Below, piece by piece: positions 46,892-59,917 of a DNA stretch of 64,000 nucleotides. Under the pieces are notes generated by a model. That model made no database searches, was not told the origin of the DNA, and saw only the letters and a list, made by a program, of their open reading frames with translations. The translations under genes and the position numbers were made by a program. Source of the stretch: Microbotryum violaceum (Eukaryota); contig CDLV01000004.1 in assembly GCA_001244265.2 (NCBI GenBank), positions 2,294,001-2,358,000 of the forward strand, in the 5' to 3' direction. Numbering within the stretch: the first letter of the stretch is position 1; every line of letters begins with the position of its first letter.

Positions 46892-49800
46892 ATAGGAGTT
46901 TCCTTTTTCAAGTCGGCGACGACGCTTCCACGTAATCCAGTCTTCAGGAGGTTTGGACCAGAGTTGCCATTTTCGGAACCAAAGTGCCCTGCTATTCGCG
47001 GGATCAACCTAATTCCGTAAAAAAAAGTTGAAATCGTGTGAACCACTCTCCGACTTGGGGCTGAAAGCGCCCGACTCCCAATGGCTCGCTAACGAGTTCA
47101 CAACCGACTAATAGTCGACTCCCGGCCGACTCCCCGCCGACTCCCTGGGGTCCCTCCATCCGGGAAGCCAAGTCGCCTCCCCAACCAGCCCACATCCCAA
47201 CAATCGATCTACCTCCTGTGTGATGTGCCTCTCGGAAGCACCCGAGTGCCTGGTTCACCTCGCGGTCGGCTGCCCATTTGCCCGGCGCCTCTGGTCTGCT
47301 CTGTCCCCGACCCCCACCCAGTCTTTGTGGACTTTGTATGCCCGGTCGTGTCTCGCTCGAAATGTCGACTTGTCGAACTACGAGTCCTCTTCTTTCACTC
47401 GATCTGGAAGCTCTGTCGCCGTCGTCGATTCTCGCCGGATCTTTTGGAACCGATCACCGAAACGGAGTTCGAGGGGCTTCGAGCCTCTATCCAGGAGTCC
47501 AAGGGTCGCCTAGTGTCTCTGTAAGACACCAAAGGGGGTTTTAGTGGGTATGGTTGATCCTGGTTCAGGGTCAATGAGTCCTACACTACTGGCTTCTGCC
47601 AGTGTGCGTAACAGCATTCCCTCCGACTTTTCCGAAGATTTCTAGGTATTAATATAATTATGCTGTTAATGAAGTCTATCAAATAAATTAAAAAAGACTA
47701 CGGTCTCGACTCGCCCCCGACTCGCCCGACAGTTGCCCGACTAAGCACCGACTCAGCGGCGACTCCCGCAAGCCACTTTCGATAGGCCGCGGCGCGCCCG
47801 CAAACGCTCGGAACGCGTTTTCGAGGACTTTTGAGCGATTTTTGGAGCATGTAGAACCCATTTTGATAATATTTCCGAGGCGCATGCGAAATTTTGACAT
47901 TTTGGGGCCAGAATAGGGTAAAAAACTTTGACAAAAAGGCCAAAAAAGTGCGTTTTTCGAGGCAAAATGTCCAAAAAAATTCCAGATTTTGACTGAAAAT
48001 GTCCAACTATGAGGGCCGCCTAGTTCTGAATAATTTTTGAAAACTACTCTCCAAGCTCTACAATGCTCAGAAATTTTTCTGCGCTGCGCGCAGACTGCGT
48101 TTCCGCCGCGCGCGGGCCGAAAGGTCGCGCGCGCGCACACCAAGAGCGCCGCCAGCGCTCTGCTCCACACCCGCCCCGCCGCGATCCACTGCCGCGCTTG
48201 ACGGGCCAAGCTCTGACAAAGCTTACCGCCATACGAGCATGAGCCAGGCTGACCTTCATTCTTCATCATTGTTGACGCCCTTCGTCTTCGTCTGAACGGC
48301 CTCCTGGTGCAAGACAAGCAAGGGATGCTGCTCAAATTCCTTTTATGTTCTGCAAAAGCCTGTACCGTTTTTCTTGATTGACGGTGATGTGAATTCCCCC
48401 TTCATCACGCCAGTTAGATCGTGTGGAATCCTTGACCTCGTAGTTGATGCTTGACAACTCCGGTTTGAGCAAATTTATGATACAGCGCCCATCGACTTGA
48501 CAAATGCGCGTGTTGCCCTGATGAGACAGGTTGGAGTAAACTCCCGGAGCAATGACACGCAGCTCTTGTATCACAGCATTTGCGAAAAGAGCAAGAGAGT
48601 CAAGACTTTGAACACTTTCATAAGTTGTGCTTGACTTCTTGTAAATGTTCCTCACTGCAGGGAAGGTGACAAGTAAAATGCGCAGTCACGGTGCTAGTCA
48701 GTCATGTGAGGTTTCCCCACACAAGTAGTAGTTTGGCATACCTATCCCGATCGCCAGTCGTTCCCCACATTGTTCACTCGAAGGCAAACCCATAGGTTCT
48801 TCTGGGATTCCATACACGACCAGTATGTCCACCTTGAGAGAACGGAGTGCAGACACATCACCATCAACAGCTCGGACGAGTACGTGGTTTGACATGATCT
48901 GACCATAGACCTCTTGTTGTCCTTTCATTTTGTCCTGTGGTGTCGGAGTCAAATGTAAGCGCAAGAAAAGGCACGCCCCAGCTTGCGTCATGATACATCA
49001 CAAATCAGCGACTAACGTGAGATCGTCCCTCGGTGATGATTGCAGTTGTCGCTTGCTCGTGCAAAGTCTTCTCCCGGATATTTGCCCCTGAAGCGAAGGT
49101 TCCTCTCGTTCCCCACAGACTCTCGATACCTGTCCATTCCCATTGTCTCGACTATCCGTCGAAGCGCGGCAGAACGCACGTTGCCGCGGTGCTCGGTTCG
49201 GTTTTGGGCAAAGGGTTGATCTGACGCTACGTTCTGTGCGCCACCTTTAAACTTGATCTTCTCGAGGTGTCGGCATTGGTGTGCACGTCGTCGAGCGAGC
49301 AAGCTGTCCAAGTCGAGTGTGGGGACAGAGTAGAGGGCCCCCTTCTCTAGAAGATCACGCGGGTACGGGGGCGCTTCCCACTGGTTGGGAACACGGGTCT
49401 GTATCGGTAAATGCATCGATCAACCGATAATTGCGCTCACTCGCGGATTGCTCATGCTCATGGCATGCTTCGGCCAGGATCGTTTGAAACTCTCGATCTT
49501 CTTCTTCTGCATCGGCTTGATCGAAGCCAGCATCAACAGCATCGCTGAGGGTTCAATATACGGTTGTTAGTGATCGTTTGTTGCTCTCAAACACCAAGCT
49601 ACGTACATCAGAGCTTCCTGGTCCATGTCAAGCGCAATCACCGAAAGAAGCGCGTCGCATTCCTCACGTCGCATAATACACGGTAATGGCTCCGATCCGA
49701 CAAGACGCAGACGATCGAGGACTTGGTTCAGACCAGCCTCGTTCACGTTCGGAGGGACACCTTGGCGAACGGTCGACTCGGATGTGTTTCGGAGTACCAG

Positions 49801-50823
49801 GCGGAGCCTGCAGACACACGCAAGATTCTACACACATCAGTATCCGGGATCGACTCATGAATGAAGAGGATGCAAACTCATTGAGGACCTGTAGAAAGTC
49901 TTGGAGGCGTGTAGATCGACCTCGGAGATAGACGCGGTCGACAGCTGTCCAACGTATGCGAGTGAGGTGATGACGAGCACTCGCAAGCTCACGCTCCCGA
50001 ATCGCGTCGGCGTTAGCTAATCGAGGAATCCATTCTTGAATGTTGTGGATGATATATCGAATTTTTTCTGCCTTGTCGAGATGGGCCCATAACGCCGAGG
50101 CATTGAGAGGAAGGCGCATTGACCGACGACCCCGATACGGCGAATGCGATAGATCGATAGCCATCGAGATAAGCCAAGGATAGAAAGCTTTGATCGGAAA
50201 ACTTTCCGATAGATTGCTTCAAGGGGCGTGGCAGCGCGTCAAAATTTCGAGGGACATCTTTCGATAGAGCAAGTCGGAGAGAAGCGTCGGGCGCAGGTAG
50301 GTCGTACGCGAGTAGGTCAAGTCTGGTCAACGAGGCGTAGGTCGGCAACAGGGCTCAAGATTGCAGATTCCTCGGAGGTGAGAGCAAAGCTCGGTTCGAT
50401 ATTAATGATCACAGGCATTTTGAACACCTTTGTAGACACCTTTGTAGAGTACAGAGTGCCAGTGATTGGGTGCCACGACCGCGGTCGGTGGCGTGTCGCG
50501 CGGGTCAAACTGAAATGGACTCGAATAGGATCTCATGATTAATCGCAAAGGCAGCACTTACCAACGCGCTCAAATTGCAAACAGCGTGACTGTTACCCGC
50601 GCGCAGCTGGGCCGGCTATATATGCCCCGCGCCTCCAGCCTCCCGCTACCCTGGTCTGCGCTTCAAAGTTTGACCGGAGGGAGGAAAATGTCCATAAATG
50701 AGGTGAGCCTCAACCCATTCTGAGCCACAAATGTCCAAATTTGCGGGCTGCCTAGCCGATTTTCGGGTCCCCAAAATGTCCAAATTTGCGGGCCGCCTCT
50801 GGCTGGGCTTTCGGGGGTCCTAT
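46892..50823 (-). mobile_element. Non-autonomous DNA transposon related to the P-like element, carrying a degenerate gene (~48332-50508)
   Basis: Ends ATAGG-N14-AG(T/C)C(G/A)G in inverted orientation; subterminal CCGACT and AAAATGTCCA repeats. The protein resembles the C-terminal half of the 51607-61753 product. No TSD found. Confidence 0.6.
47141..47695 (+). mobile_element. 5'-truncated LINE copy (3' ~550 bp)
   Basis: Reverse complement of 41743-42289 with one homopolymer indel seen; short A tail; possible GACT duplication. Confidence 0.95.
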
Positions 50824-51393
50824 GGTACTCCCATGGTACGGCGCTACCCTTGCGCCCAAGACTTGGCGAGGTTGCGATGGCCCTCCCTGAGTCCCTGGCG
50901 ACCTTGGGACCGGGGCATAGTAGCGAAGGTTTGTTCTTGAATGAGTGTCACTAAAATTGGATGAGAGTGGGAGGGAGAAAGGAAAGGTTCGAGGGAGTGG
51001 CGCAGGATTATTTACGTGGTTTGTTTTGTTGTTTAGCCCCTAAGGCCGGTGGTTGACTGCCGGACGGGCAATGACACGGCGGGCGCGCCGCATCACGTGA
51101 CAAATGTTAGCCCTCGCCCCGCGCGTCAGCCGCCAGGCGCCAGGCGGAGCTGTGCTGTAGAGGCAATGTCATGCAAAGCCAGGCGCCTGCCGTCCATTAA
51201 ATGCAATATAAGTGTAAGCATTGTTTGACGTCAACTGAAAAAGGAAAGAAAATACTGGGAGCGCTGTAGCTTCGTTGGAACGGCGCGGAAAATACAAAAG
51301 TCACCACAGGGCTTGTACATAACTTCTGATCGGAACATGGACACCACAGGCAGGTGCGGCAGACACAGCAGTATGCTGGTACATCCACCACAG

Positions 51394-51417
51394 GCGGCCC
51401 GGAGGGCCGCAACCTAG
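51394..51417 (+). mobile_element. Helitron-type 3' terminus (element body probably 50825-51417)
   Basis: Hairpin GCGGCCC-GGA-GGGCCGC followed by AAC-CTAG|T. Confidence 0.6.
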
Positions 51418-54400
51418 TTAAAAACAGCGATTTTAGGTACATTCCTTAACTCACCTTTTTTTATTAGTAATAGGGTAAAGGAACGGTTAGTCGGGCGCGA
51501 GTCGAGGTAGTCGGGCGCGAGTCGGCGCTCAGTCGGGCGCGAGTCGGGATTGGCTAGCGGTCCCGGCGCGCGTCGCTTCGGCTGGTGTTGCGCGTGGCTC
51601 CACGCTTCAAACAAGCCTTCCTTGCTTTGCTGGCTGGCTTGCTGCTTCGTTGTCAGACTTCCTTTTTGCTGAAGTTGAGCTCCTTGTTTCCGCGGTGGCA
51701 TTTGTGCGACTTGTAGAGGTTCTGCCGGCGGCATCTCGCAGGCCGGGCACGCTCCGAAGGGCGGCAAACCTTTGCTCGGCATGTGCGCTCGTGCTGATTA
51801 GGCGCTCGTCCGGGTAACATGAGGTAAGGTCCGTGGTTGAATGATATGTAGTCATTGACGGGCCTAATGACTCGATGACCTGTCGACCATCAATCATGCG
51901 GAACGGCATAGTGCCATCAATGAGGCATGTGGAATAGCATGTTTTCTTGATGAGGCGAAGCTCCTGTACGACAACATTTGAGAGCAGAACCAACGAGGCG
52001 AGCGTGTCTTGGTTGCAGTGGTTTGTTGTCACTTTGCTGTAGATGTATCGCACTGTAGGACACAAGACTTGTGTCAAACGAGAACTTCACAGCTCAACTG
52101 CCACTCAAAACAATGTACCAATTCCGGTTGACAGCGCTTCTTCTCCATAAGCAGTTTGATCGCAGCTGAGTGAATGCATGCCACGCTTGAGGCCAAAGCA
52201 GATCAGAGATCCAATCTCCAATGGTGTGGCAGCGGTTACAGCTCCGTCAAGCGAATCAAAATGAGGATAGCGTTGTGCTAGCGCTCCGTACTGCTTGTCT
52301 CTCAGGGAGCTTTTCCTAAAAGTATAGGACCGGCAAAACATTAGATCCAGCTGCCTTCGTTCCTAAATTCAGCAACAACCCACTTGAATGCGGCCGTCCT
52401 CAATATAGGCGTTCTTCTGAATCTCGTTTGTTGTGAGCGCTCGGGCCACCTGGCCACCTCCAGTCCAGCGAAAGCTCCTTGCGGTGCCCGCAATGTCTTT
52501 AAAGCGAGATGGTCCCATGGACTGCACCAACCCTTTCAAGACGCGTGAATGTACTGCACTGCATCCTTGCTCTGTATTGCTAATCTCTAAGCCTGCCTCT
52601 CCGCAACTTGTGTCGCTCAATTCCATTGGCCTCCCTTTGAGTAGAACAACTCTGAGGTGGCTACACTCATGAGCAGCTCAATGGGCAATCAAGCTGGCCC
52701 AGTTCAGCAAGAAACTGGTATCGCGAGCATCAACAAGAGGCGGAAGTTTCAAGTGTGTAGGCTGTATAGTACCGAAGATGCATGAGTTCAGATCGAAATT
52801 ACGCTAGTTAAGCTTGGTAGACGCACGATTGGACATAATGAGCTGTTTGCCTTCTCAATGGTCTCGAGTACGTAGCGTTCCTCAGCTTGTCTGTCAGCTT
52901 CGTTGTAAGCGATTTGCATGTCAAGTCTGGCCAATGAGAAAGGAGAACAATATGAGGTCCGGATTAAAAGGTAGAAGAACGCTTCAGCGCACATGGCACA
53001 GTGAAGTGTCCACTCACAAGGCTGCCTCAACATCCAAGTCCAGAGCTGCAAGCGATCGAATTGCACGGTCGACAGCTTCCCGCTCGTTTGGGTCCAGTTT
53101 CACAACACCTTGGCACGTGCTACGCCGCATGCCATCAAGAGCAGAATCCAGCAATTCGGTGCGGAGCAGACCTTTGATCTTCCTTGGTAGGATGATGGTC
53201 TCCAAGATCTACGTCAAGTGGGCATGGTATCCCGTGTCAGATACGCATCACTTGTAGGCCAAGTCGTTCGGAACTACCTTGAACTGTTGTGCCATGGGCA
53301 AGTACGTCCTCGACGAGTATGTCAGGTTGCGGACCTTGGTTGCGTCTGTTGGTCGCGATGCGTTGCACAGGCTCCCACATGCGTAAACCTGAAAGCAGTT
53401 CACGCGCAGTATTTGCCGCTGCAAAACTGGTGAGAGAGATATCGCCATCACTGGGGTACGTTCGCATCGCAACAAGGTCAAGATTGTTGAGGTCGTTGTA
53501 GGTATGATGGTAGCCTTGACATGATCCCGCCGCCTCGGTCTTAAACTTCCTCATGAGCTCCAAGAGTGCAGTGACTTTGCCAGTTGCCTGTTGGATTCTA
53601 GCCGGGTTCAATACTGTATAGATTAGATTGATTTAAGTAGAACGCACCTGCAAGAACTCTAGAGCATTGAACTCCTTTACAATCTGGCGTATACCCCCAA
53701 AGAACTGCTCCACCATTTCTGTGCCATGCCGCCAGGGAATGAACAATTCCTTCGGCCAAAAATCTCGGTAGTTGCGGACAAGAGCAATTGTTGAGTCAAC
53801 CATCTTCCTGACCCCATCAAGCGTTTCTTTGGCGAGGAACGAGTGAGAGCTAGATCCGGGGCGACTTTGGACAAAGTCATACCACGCCTCGAACGTATAT
53901 CTGACAATGAGCAACATGCTGATACGTTCAAGGGGCTGAAGCGACCGATTCTGGATGGCATTGTGTAACTCGCCACATAAGAAGAGATATACAACCACAT
54001 CGGGGTCGAGTTTTTTGTCTTCAGTGAGTTCGGTTACGAGTTTGAGCGTCGCCTTGGAGAATGCCCAATGTGTTGCATTGTTGTCTTGACGATCACGCCC
54101 GACCACATCATGACAAGACAGAGTACGACGCGACTCCAGTCCGCCCAGGATGGTGAGCATATCCTGGTAGGCAATGCATCCGAGGCCACCAAACAGCAAT
54201 CTTGCTCCAGAGTCAACAGCGTTCCTCAGACATTTGGCCAGGTGTTTTTCGTCCCGACAGAAGACTATTGGTGTTCCCACGACGTTGACGGTCAATATAG
54301 TGATCTCAGGAAACACTCCGTCCAGATCTGGGGAGGGGAGGGTGTATGATGACGCGTTCCTTGATCCGGTTTGAGCAACAGCACCACCCTGATTGCGCAA

Positions 54401-55709
54401 AAGGACGGCAACATTATGTTGCAGCACACCCTTGCTTGCCGCACCATCTGCGGAGATGGATACCAGAAGGTGTGCGACGCAACGTTTTATTAATTCTTGT
54501 ATCACTGAATGTAACTGTTTAGTCACGTCCTCCGCGTTTGTAGTTTCACCGATCACAAAAGCGGCACACACCTGTGCTGGGGAGCCAACATCGTTTGGTG
54601 CTATCATGTAAGCTCGGATCTGAATGAAGAGGTGACACATGTTAAAGCCTCATGGAAATGAAGTACAAACTTAAAAGAATCATTGCCACTCACTTTGGTT
54701 CCAGCAACCGGGGGGTCAGGTCCGCTGAACATATCAGGGAGTTCACCCGGAGTTTCATAGATGCGTGGCGGACCAATTGATCCGATCAGCTCGTGGTGGA
54801 ATATGCCCTTTGTACGTAGTTCGCGCTCTAAACTGAGGTCTTCTGAGTAGTATGGAGTGGTTCGCATCCTGGATCGACACTTTGTGTTGTCTACATGCAA
54901 ATTGAATGTTAGGCTGTCTGCTTCGAGTTTTGCGCAGACACATGTAAGGCCCGTGCGCCTGGGCCTTAGGAAGAGGGGACGCGCGCCTGGGCACTCTTAG
55001 TCTCTCTCCAGCGACTGATACGAGTGTCCAGGTGAGCACAAGGTGGATCAGAAGGCATTGTCATACCAGCGACTAATACGAGTGTCCAGTGACAATTCTA
55101 CATACTTTGGTCCTGTGATCCTTGTGTAATACACCCCGTTGGAGTGTACACCTGAGCGACGACGACAAGGATCACAGGACCAAAGTATGTAGAATTGACA
55201 CTGGACACTCGTATCAGTCGCTGGTATGACAATGCCTTCTGATCCACCTTGTGCTCACCTGGACACTCGTATCAGTCGCTGGAGAGAGACTAAGAGTGCC
55301 CAGGCGCGCATCCCCTCTTCCTAAGGCCCAGGCGCACGGGCCTTACACTCTCCACCACCTAAACCAAACTCCCCTCCCTCCTTACACCCTCCCCTCCTTG
55401 CCTTGTCCTCCCCCGCCTTCCCACTCTCCCACTCTTCCAACGCTGCGGTGTCTTCCAGGTGTGAGCATGGCTCCCATGTGTTGTCGCTGTCTGCCCACCC
55501 CTTCCATTTCACCAAGAACCTCTTCCTTGACCCCTTCCCCTTTTCGTCCACAATCCGTTCTACCTCCCACTCCTCGTTTCCTTGGACGATAATGGCCGCT
55601 GGTTCCGTTGCCTCTCGTCCTGGGAACACCACCCCATTGTTCTTTACCCAGCGTCGGAGCTTGGAGGCATGGAAGATGTTGTGCGACTTGTCCCCCGCCT
55701 TGAGCTTCA

Positions 55710-55814
<105 letters not shown>

Positions 55815-58388
55815 TCATTGATCCCGCGAGTCGACTAAGACCATGTCGCCCACTGCAAACCCGGGCTCCGGGTTCCTCGCCTTGTTGCTCTGGTTGGCCT
55901 GTCGGATCTTTGCAATTGCCAAATTGTCTCGGGCTTCCGCAACCGCTGATTCACGTTGTTCCACGATGGATTTGACTGCCTGTGACGTGGTTGAGCCCTC
56001 CACTGGGGTGATTGGTGTCAGCTCCGGCGTGAACCCAAGTACCACTTCAAATGGCGTCTTCCCCGTCGACCTGTTCATACTGGAGTTGATCACAAACTCC
56101 ACCGTAGCCAAGTGCTTTGACCAGTCATTTTGCCGTCGGTTGACCATTGTTCGCAGGACTTGGATCACGGTCCGATTTGTTCGCTCGCTTCGGCCATCCG
56201 TTTGTGGGTGGAAAGACGTCGATGTTGCCAGTTTCGTTCCCAGCTGGCCCATGTACGCTCGCCAGAACTCGCTTGTGAAGAGCTTGTCGCGGTCGGAGAC
56301 CAGCACTCGTGGCATGCCGAAGTGTCGATGCCACCCCTCAAAGAGCCGGTCCGCCGTGGTAGTCGCGTCGTCCGTCGTGCGGCAGGGGATGAGGCGAACG
56401 TAGCCTGAAAGGCGATCTGTTACCGTAAGCAGTGCGTCATTACCATTGCTAGGTACAAGTGGCCCGACAAAGTCTAGGCCAACTTCCCGCATTGGCCAGT
56501 CAGGCACATTCAAATTGTGGATCCGACCGGCAAAACCGGTGCCATGCATCTTCATTGTCTGACAAGCAGCACAGGACTCAACGTAATCTTTGCATGCATC
56601 CTTCATTCCCGACCAGATATAGTTGCGGCGTAGGTGTTCATACGTCTTGTGTAGTCCAAAATGGCCTGCGGCATCATGCGCGTCATGTAGTGCGTCCTCC
56701 CGAAAGTTCCCCGTCTTTGGCAGGAGGATCCGTCCTTCGAACCGTGCGATTCCATTGTCGACTGAGTAGCCTGGTGTTGAGTCAATGTTCTTGATAGCTT
56801 GTTGACATTGCGGGTCCTTGCGGTAACCGTCCCTGAGTTTGCAAAGGAAGGCAGGATCGAGAGTTGCCTCCGCCAGCACGTTGACATTGTCGCTCGCCTG
56901 GCAGCCGGCTGTGGGTTCCTCCGGGAAAGAGTAACGACTCAATGCATCAGCCACTGTGTTCTCTGGACCTCGTACATATACAATCTCGAAGTCGTAATCG
57001 GCCAGTCGTTCGGTCCATCGAGCTTGTCGTCGTGAAAGGCTTGGTTGCTTCATGAAGCCCGCCAAGGAGTGGTGGTCTGTGAGGATCTTGAATTGAACAC
57101 CCAAAAGGTCCACCCGCCAGTGATGAAGGGCGTCCACAATTGCAAGCAATTCCATCTCGTGTGCTGCATAGTTGCCTTCCGCTGGGTTGTACTGTCGTGA
57201 CCAATAGCCTGCCGGCATGGCCGTCTGCCATTGCTTTCCTTGACTGAGTGCCGCCCTGATTCCCCGATTGCTCGCGTCCGTCATCAGCCATAATGGGTTG
57301 CCCTTGTCGGAATGGTCAATGGGATGTAGAGAAGGAAGGTTGCCCACCAAGGACTTGATTGCCTCAAACGCCTTGTCGTGCTCTCCCGTCCAGCCTTCGT
57401 CGACATGCACCCCTTTCCGTGTCAGCGGGACTAAAACCGCCGTCAAATCCGCAAGCTTGTCGATGAACTTCCGCAGATACTGCACCAGACCTAGGAATCC
57501 CCGCAATTGCTTCACTGTCCTTGGTCGCGGCCACTGTTGGATCCGCTCCACCTTGTCAGGATCGACCTTGATGCCTTCCCGAGTGATCTGGTGGCCGAGG
57601 AAAAAGCACTCGGCAGCAAACAGTTCCGTCTTCTTCGGCGATACGTACAGATCCGCCCGTCTCAGCGCCTCCAGAACTAGTCGCACCCGTCGTTCATGTT
57701 CCTCCAAGGTGTCGGCAAAGATTGTGATGTCATCGAGGTACACGAAACACACGCTCCCGATAAGGTCTCCAAGTGCCTCGTTGACTCGGCGCTGATGCGT
57801 TGCCGGGGCGTTGCAGAGTCCCATTGGCATTACCGTCCACTCGTACAATCCCCACGGTGTCACAATCGCCGTCTTCCGGATGTCTTCCTCGGCCATCTTG
57901 GTTTGGAAGAAGGAGTTTGTCATGTCGATCTTCCCCCAGAATCGCGTGTTTGAGCAGACCGACAGAATCTCGTCCGGAAGTGGTAGAGGTGTGCGATCTC
58001 GGACCGTCCCTTCGTTGAGTACTCGGTAGTCACAGACCATGCGTGGTTGGATTGACGGGTCCTTATCCATACCTTTCTTTGGGATGACAAACGCCGGGGA
58101 CGCGAACTCTGATGACGACTTTCGAAGGCGGCCATTGGCGACGTGCTGATCAATCAGGCGCTTCCAGGCTTCCCGGTAACGGTGTGCGGCTCGATAACCC
58201 TTCAAGTTCGGTTTTGTTGCTCCGTCCTTCAGCTCGATTCGGTGTCGGACCGGTGATTCATACGTCGAAACCGGAGGAATATCCCCCGGGAACCGATCTG
58301 CGAACTCGACCCGTAGCTTTGCCTCCCGCCGTCGCAACTCTGTCAACTCCGTTTCCCTTTGCTGGACCCCGTCGATGTAGGCAATCAC
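55815..58388 (-). CDS. pol: Gypsy Pol (RT-RNase H-integrase); premature stop before the GPY/chromodomain part (55321-55815)
   Basis: CDYR.LN, MPMGL.NAPAT, YLDD, TDAS, HDAAGH..CAAC, SDRD, DGRSER. Confidence 0.92.
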   Translation of the reverse strand: MIAYIDGVQQRETELTELRRREAKLRVEFADRFPGDIPPVSTYESPVRHRIELKDGATKPNLKGYRAAHRYREAWKRLIDQHVANGRLRKSSSEFASPAFVIPKKGMDKDPSIQPRMVCDYRVLNEGTVRDRTPLPLPDEILSVCSNTRFWGKIDMTNSFFQTKMAEEDIRKTAIVTPWGLYEWTVMPMGLCNAPATHQRRVNEALGDLIGSVCFVYLDDITIFADTLEEHERRVRLVLEALRRADLYVSPKKTELFAAECFFLGHQITREGIKVDPDKVERIQQWPRPRTVKQLRGFLGLVQYLRKFIDKLADLTAVLVPLTRKGVHVDEGWTGEHDKAFEAIKSLVGNLPSLHPIDHSDKGNPLWLMTDASNRGIRAALSQGKQWQTAMPAGYWSRQYNPAEGNYAAHEMELLAIVDALHHWRVDLLGVQFKILTDHHSLAGFMKQPSLSRRQARWTERLADYDFEIVYVRGPENTVADALSRYSFPEEPTAGCQASDNVNVLAEATLDPAFLCKLRDGYRKDPQCQQAIKNIDSTPGYSVDNGIARFEGRILLPKTGNFREDALHDAHDAAGHFGLHKTYEHLRRNYIWSGMKDACKDYVESCAACQTMKMHGTGFAGRIHNLNVPDWPMREVGLDFVGPLVPSNGNDALLTVTDRLSGYVRLIPCRTTDDATTTADRLFEGWHRHFGMPRVLVSDRDKLFTSEFWRAYMGQLGTKLATSTSFHPQTDGRSERTNRTVIQVLRTMVNRRQNDWSKHLATVEFVINSSMNRSTGKTPFEVVLGFTPELTPITPVEGSTTSQAVKSIVEQRESAVAEARDNLAIAKIRQANQSNKARNPEPGFAVGDMVLVDSRDQ

Positions 58389-59917
58389 TGCACGCCAGTT
58401 GATCCGAGCTTTATCGCTTCGTTTGGCATTCCTCGCCGCGGCTCGCTGGGGTGGGGTCCGAAGACCGGCGCAAGAAGGTCGATCTTTACGTCAGGCATGG
58501 TCGGATGTGGCACCAGGATCTTGTGTGCCGCGAAGTCAATGGTAACCTTGTGTTTTACAAGGAAGTTGAACCCCAGTACCACTTCCAAGGGCTCCTGCAG
58601 TTTAGCCACCTTCAGAATTGTGTGTCCCGCTTCCCATGCGCCATTCTCGAGCGTGATCGGAATCTTTACAAACAAGGTAACATGAAACGCGCGTGCTTGG
58701 CCCTTGATTGCAGTTTTGACCAATGTAGGAACAGGGAGACGATGCATGACTAACCCCAGTTTCTCAACCACCTTATCTGCAATAAAGGAGGAAGAGGCCC
58801 CAGAGTCAGCAAGTGCCTGCAACGTCTTTGACTTCGTGTTGTTGTGCAGAGTGATGGGAATGGTGGAGATGAACTGAGGGGCGTACTCGTTTTCTTCGTC
58901 CGTTGAGATGTCGTCTTCTGAGTTTTCCGCAATTTGATGGAGGGTGTCATTCTTAGCCGCTTTCGCCGTCTTCATTTCGAATTCGGCCCACCCCTCCGGG
59001 ACATCCGGTGCCTGCTGCCAGTTGGCTGTACAGTCGCTTGCGCGGTGATCCGTGTTGATGCGTCTGCAGCTAAAGCATCCCTCCTTCTCCGAGAGATAAT
59101 CCTTCATCGGGTCCGTGAGTCTCGTCGGCCTGCGTCGAGTGGTCGCCGAGGTCACGAAAGGTCGGCCAGAGCTGGTCTTTGGGCTCGTAGTCGAGGTTTG
59201 CGTTCGGGGAGTTGCTACAGGACGAACCACTATGATCACATTCCATTGGGATCTTGCCAATCGCTCGAACACCTCGTAAGATAATGTCTTGAGCTTGGGG
59301 AGCGCCGCCTTTGAAGCCACCACGTAGTCTAAATCATCTTGGTGTAGGCCAGTACCCAACAGAAGGTCGTTCTGTCGTAGAACAACGCTCAATTGAGGGT
59401 CCATGTTGAACAGTAGGATCTTGATGAACTCGATGTCGCTGAGGGCGGTCTGGCCGAGCTGCAGCTGTGAGGCCCAAAGTCCCAAAGCCCACGTCGCGTA
59501 GTCGTGGTTGCCTTGGTGGCTGTGGCGAATACGCTGCTCTGTCGTGAAGGCGAAATCCAAGGGTAGTGCCTTGCGGATGAAGGCGACCTTAAGCTCGTCC
59601 CACATGCGTTCCTCCGTCGCCGTCACCAGCCAATCCTTGAGCGCCTCGTGTTCAATGTGGTTGGCGATGAACATTATCTTTAGTCGCATGTTCTTCACTT
59701 GGTACTGGAAGAACATGTTGTCCATGTTGTTGAGGAAAGCGCGGATCGAGGAGAGAGTGAGTTTCGTGCCGTTCACAAGCTTGGGCGCGCTGAGCTTCAT
59801 GCCCCTTGGCATCGTTGCAACCTCCTGTTCATCGTCCGAGCTGTCCTCCCTTTCCTCTGGTGCCGATGGTGGCGCTGGTTGGGCGGTGGAGTTCTTGGAG
59901 TTCTTGCCACGCGCCAT
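58385..59917 (-). CDS. gag: Gypsy Gag-protease
   Basis: CFSCRR..H..C knuckle and LADSGAS. Confidence 0.9.
   Translation of the reverse strand: MARGKNSKNSTAQPAPPSAPEEREDSSDDEQEVATMPRGMKLSAPKLVNGTKLTLSSIRAFLNNMDNMFFQYQVKNMRLKIMFIANHIEHEALKDWLVTATEERMWDELKVAFIRKALPLDFAFTTEQRIRHSHQGNHDYATWALGLWASQLQLGQTALSDIEFIKILLFNMDPQLSVVLRQNDLLLGTGLHQDDLDYVVASKAALPKLKTLSYEVFERLARSQWNVIIVVRPVATPRTQTSTTSPKTSSGRPFVTSATTRRRPTRLTDPMKDYLSEKEGCFSCRRINTDHRASDCTANWQQAPDVPEGWAEFEMKTAKAAKNDTLHQIAENSEDDISTDEENEYAPQFISTIPITLHNNTKSKTLQALADSGASSSFIADKVVEKLGLVMHRLPVPTLVKTAIKGQARAFHVTLFVKIPITLENGAWEAGHTILKVAKLQEPLEVVLGFNFLVKHKVTIDFAAHKILVPHPTMPDVKIDLLAPVFGPHPSEPRRGMPNEAIKLGSTGVQ

Noticed and set aside
58380-58410. Programmed gag-pol frameshift in the Gypsy element
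   Set aside because: No clear slippery site was seen. Indels elsewhere cluster in homopolymers, so mutation or sequencing error is as likely.
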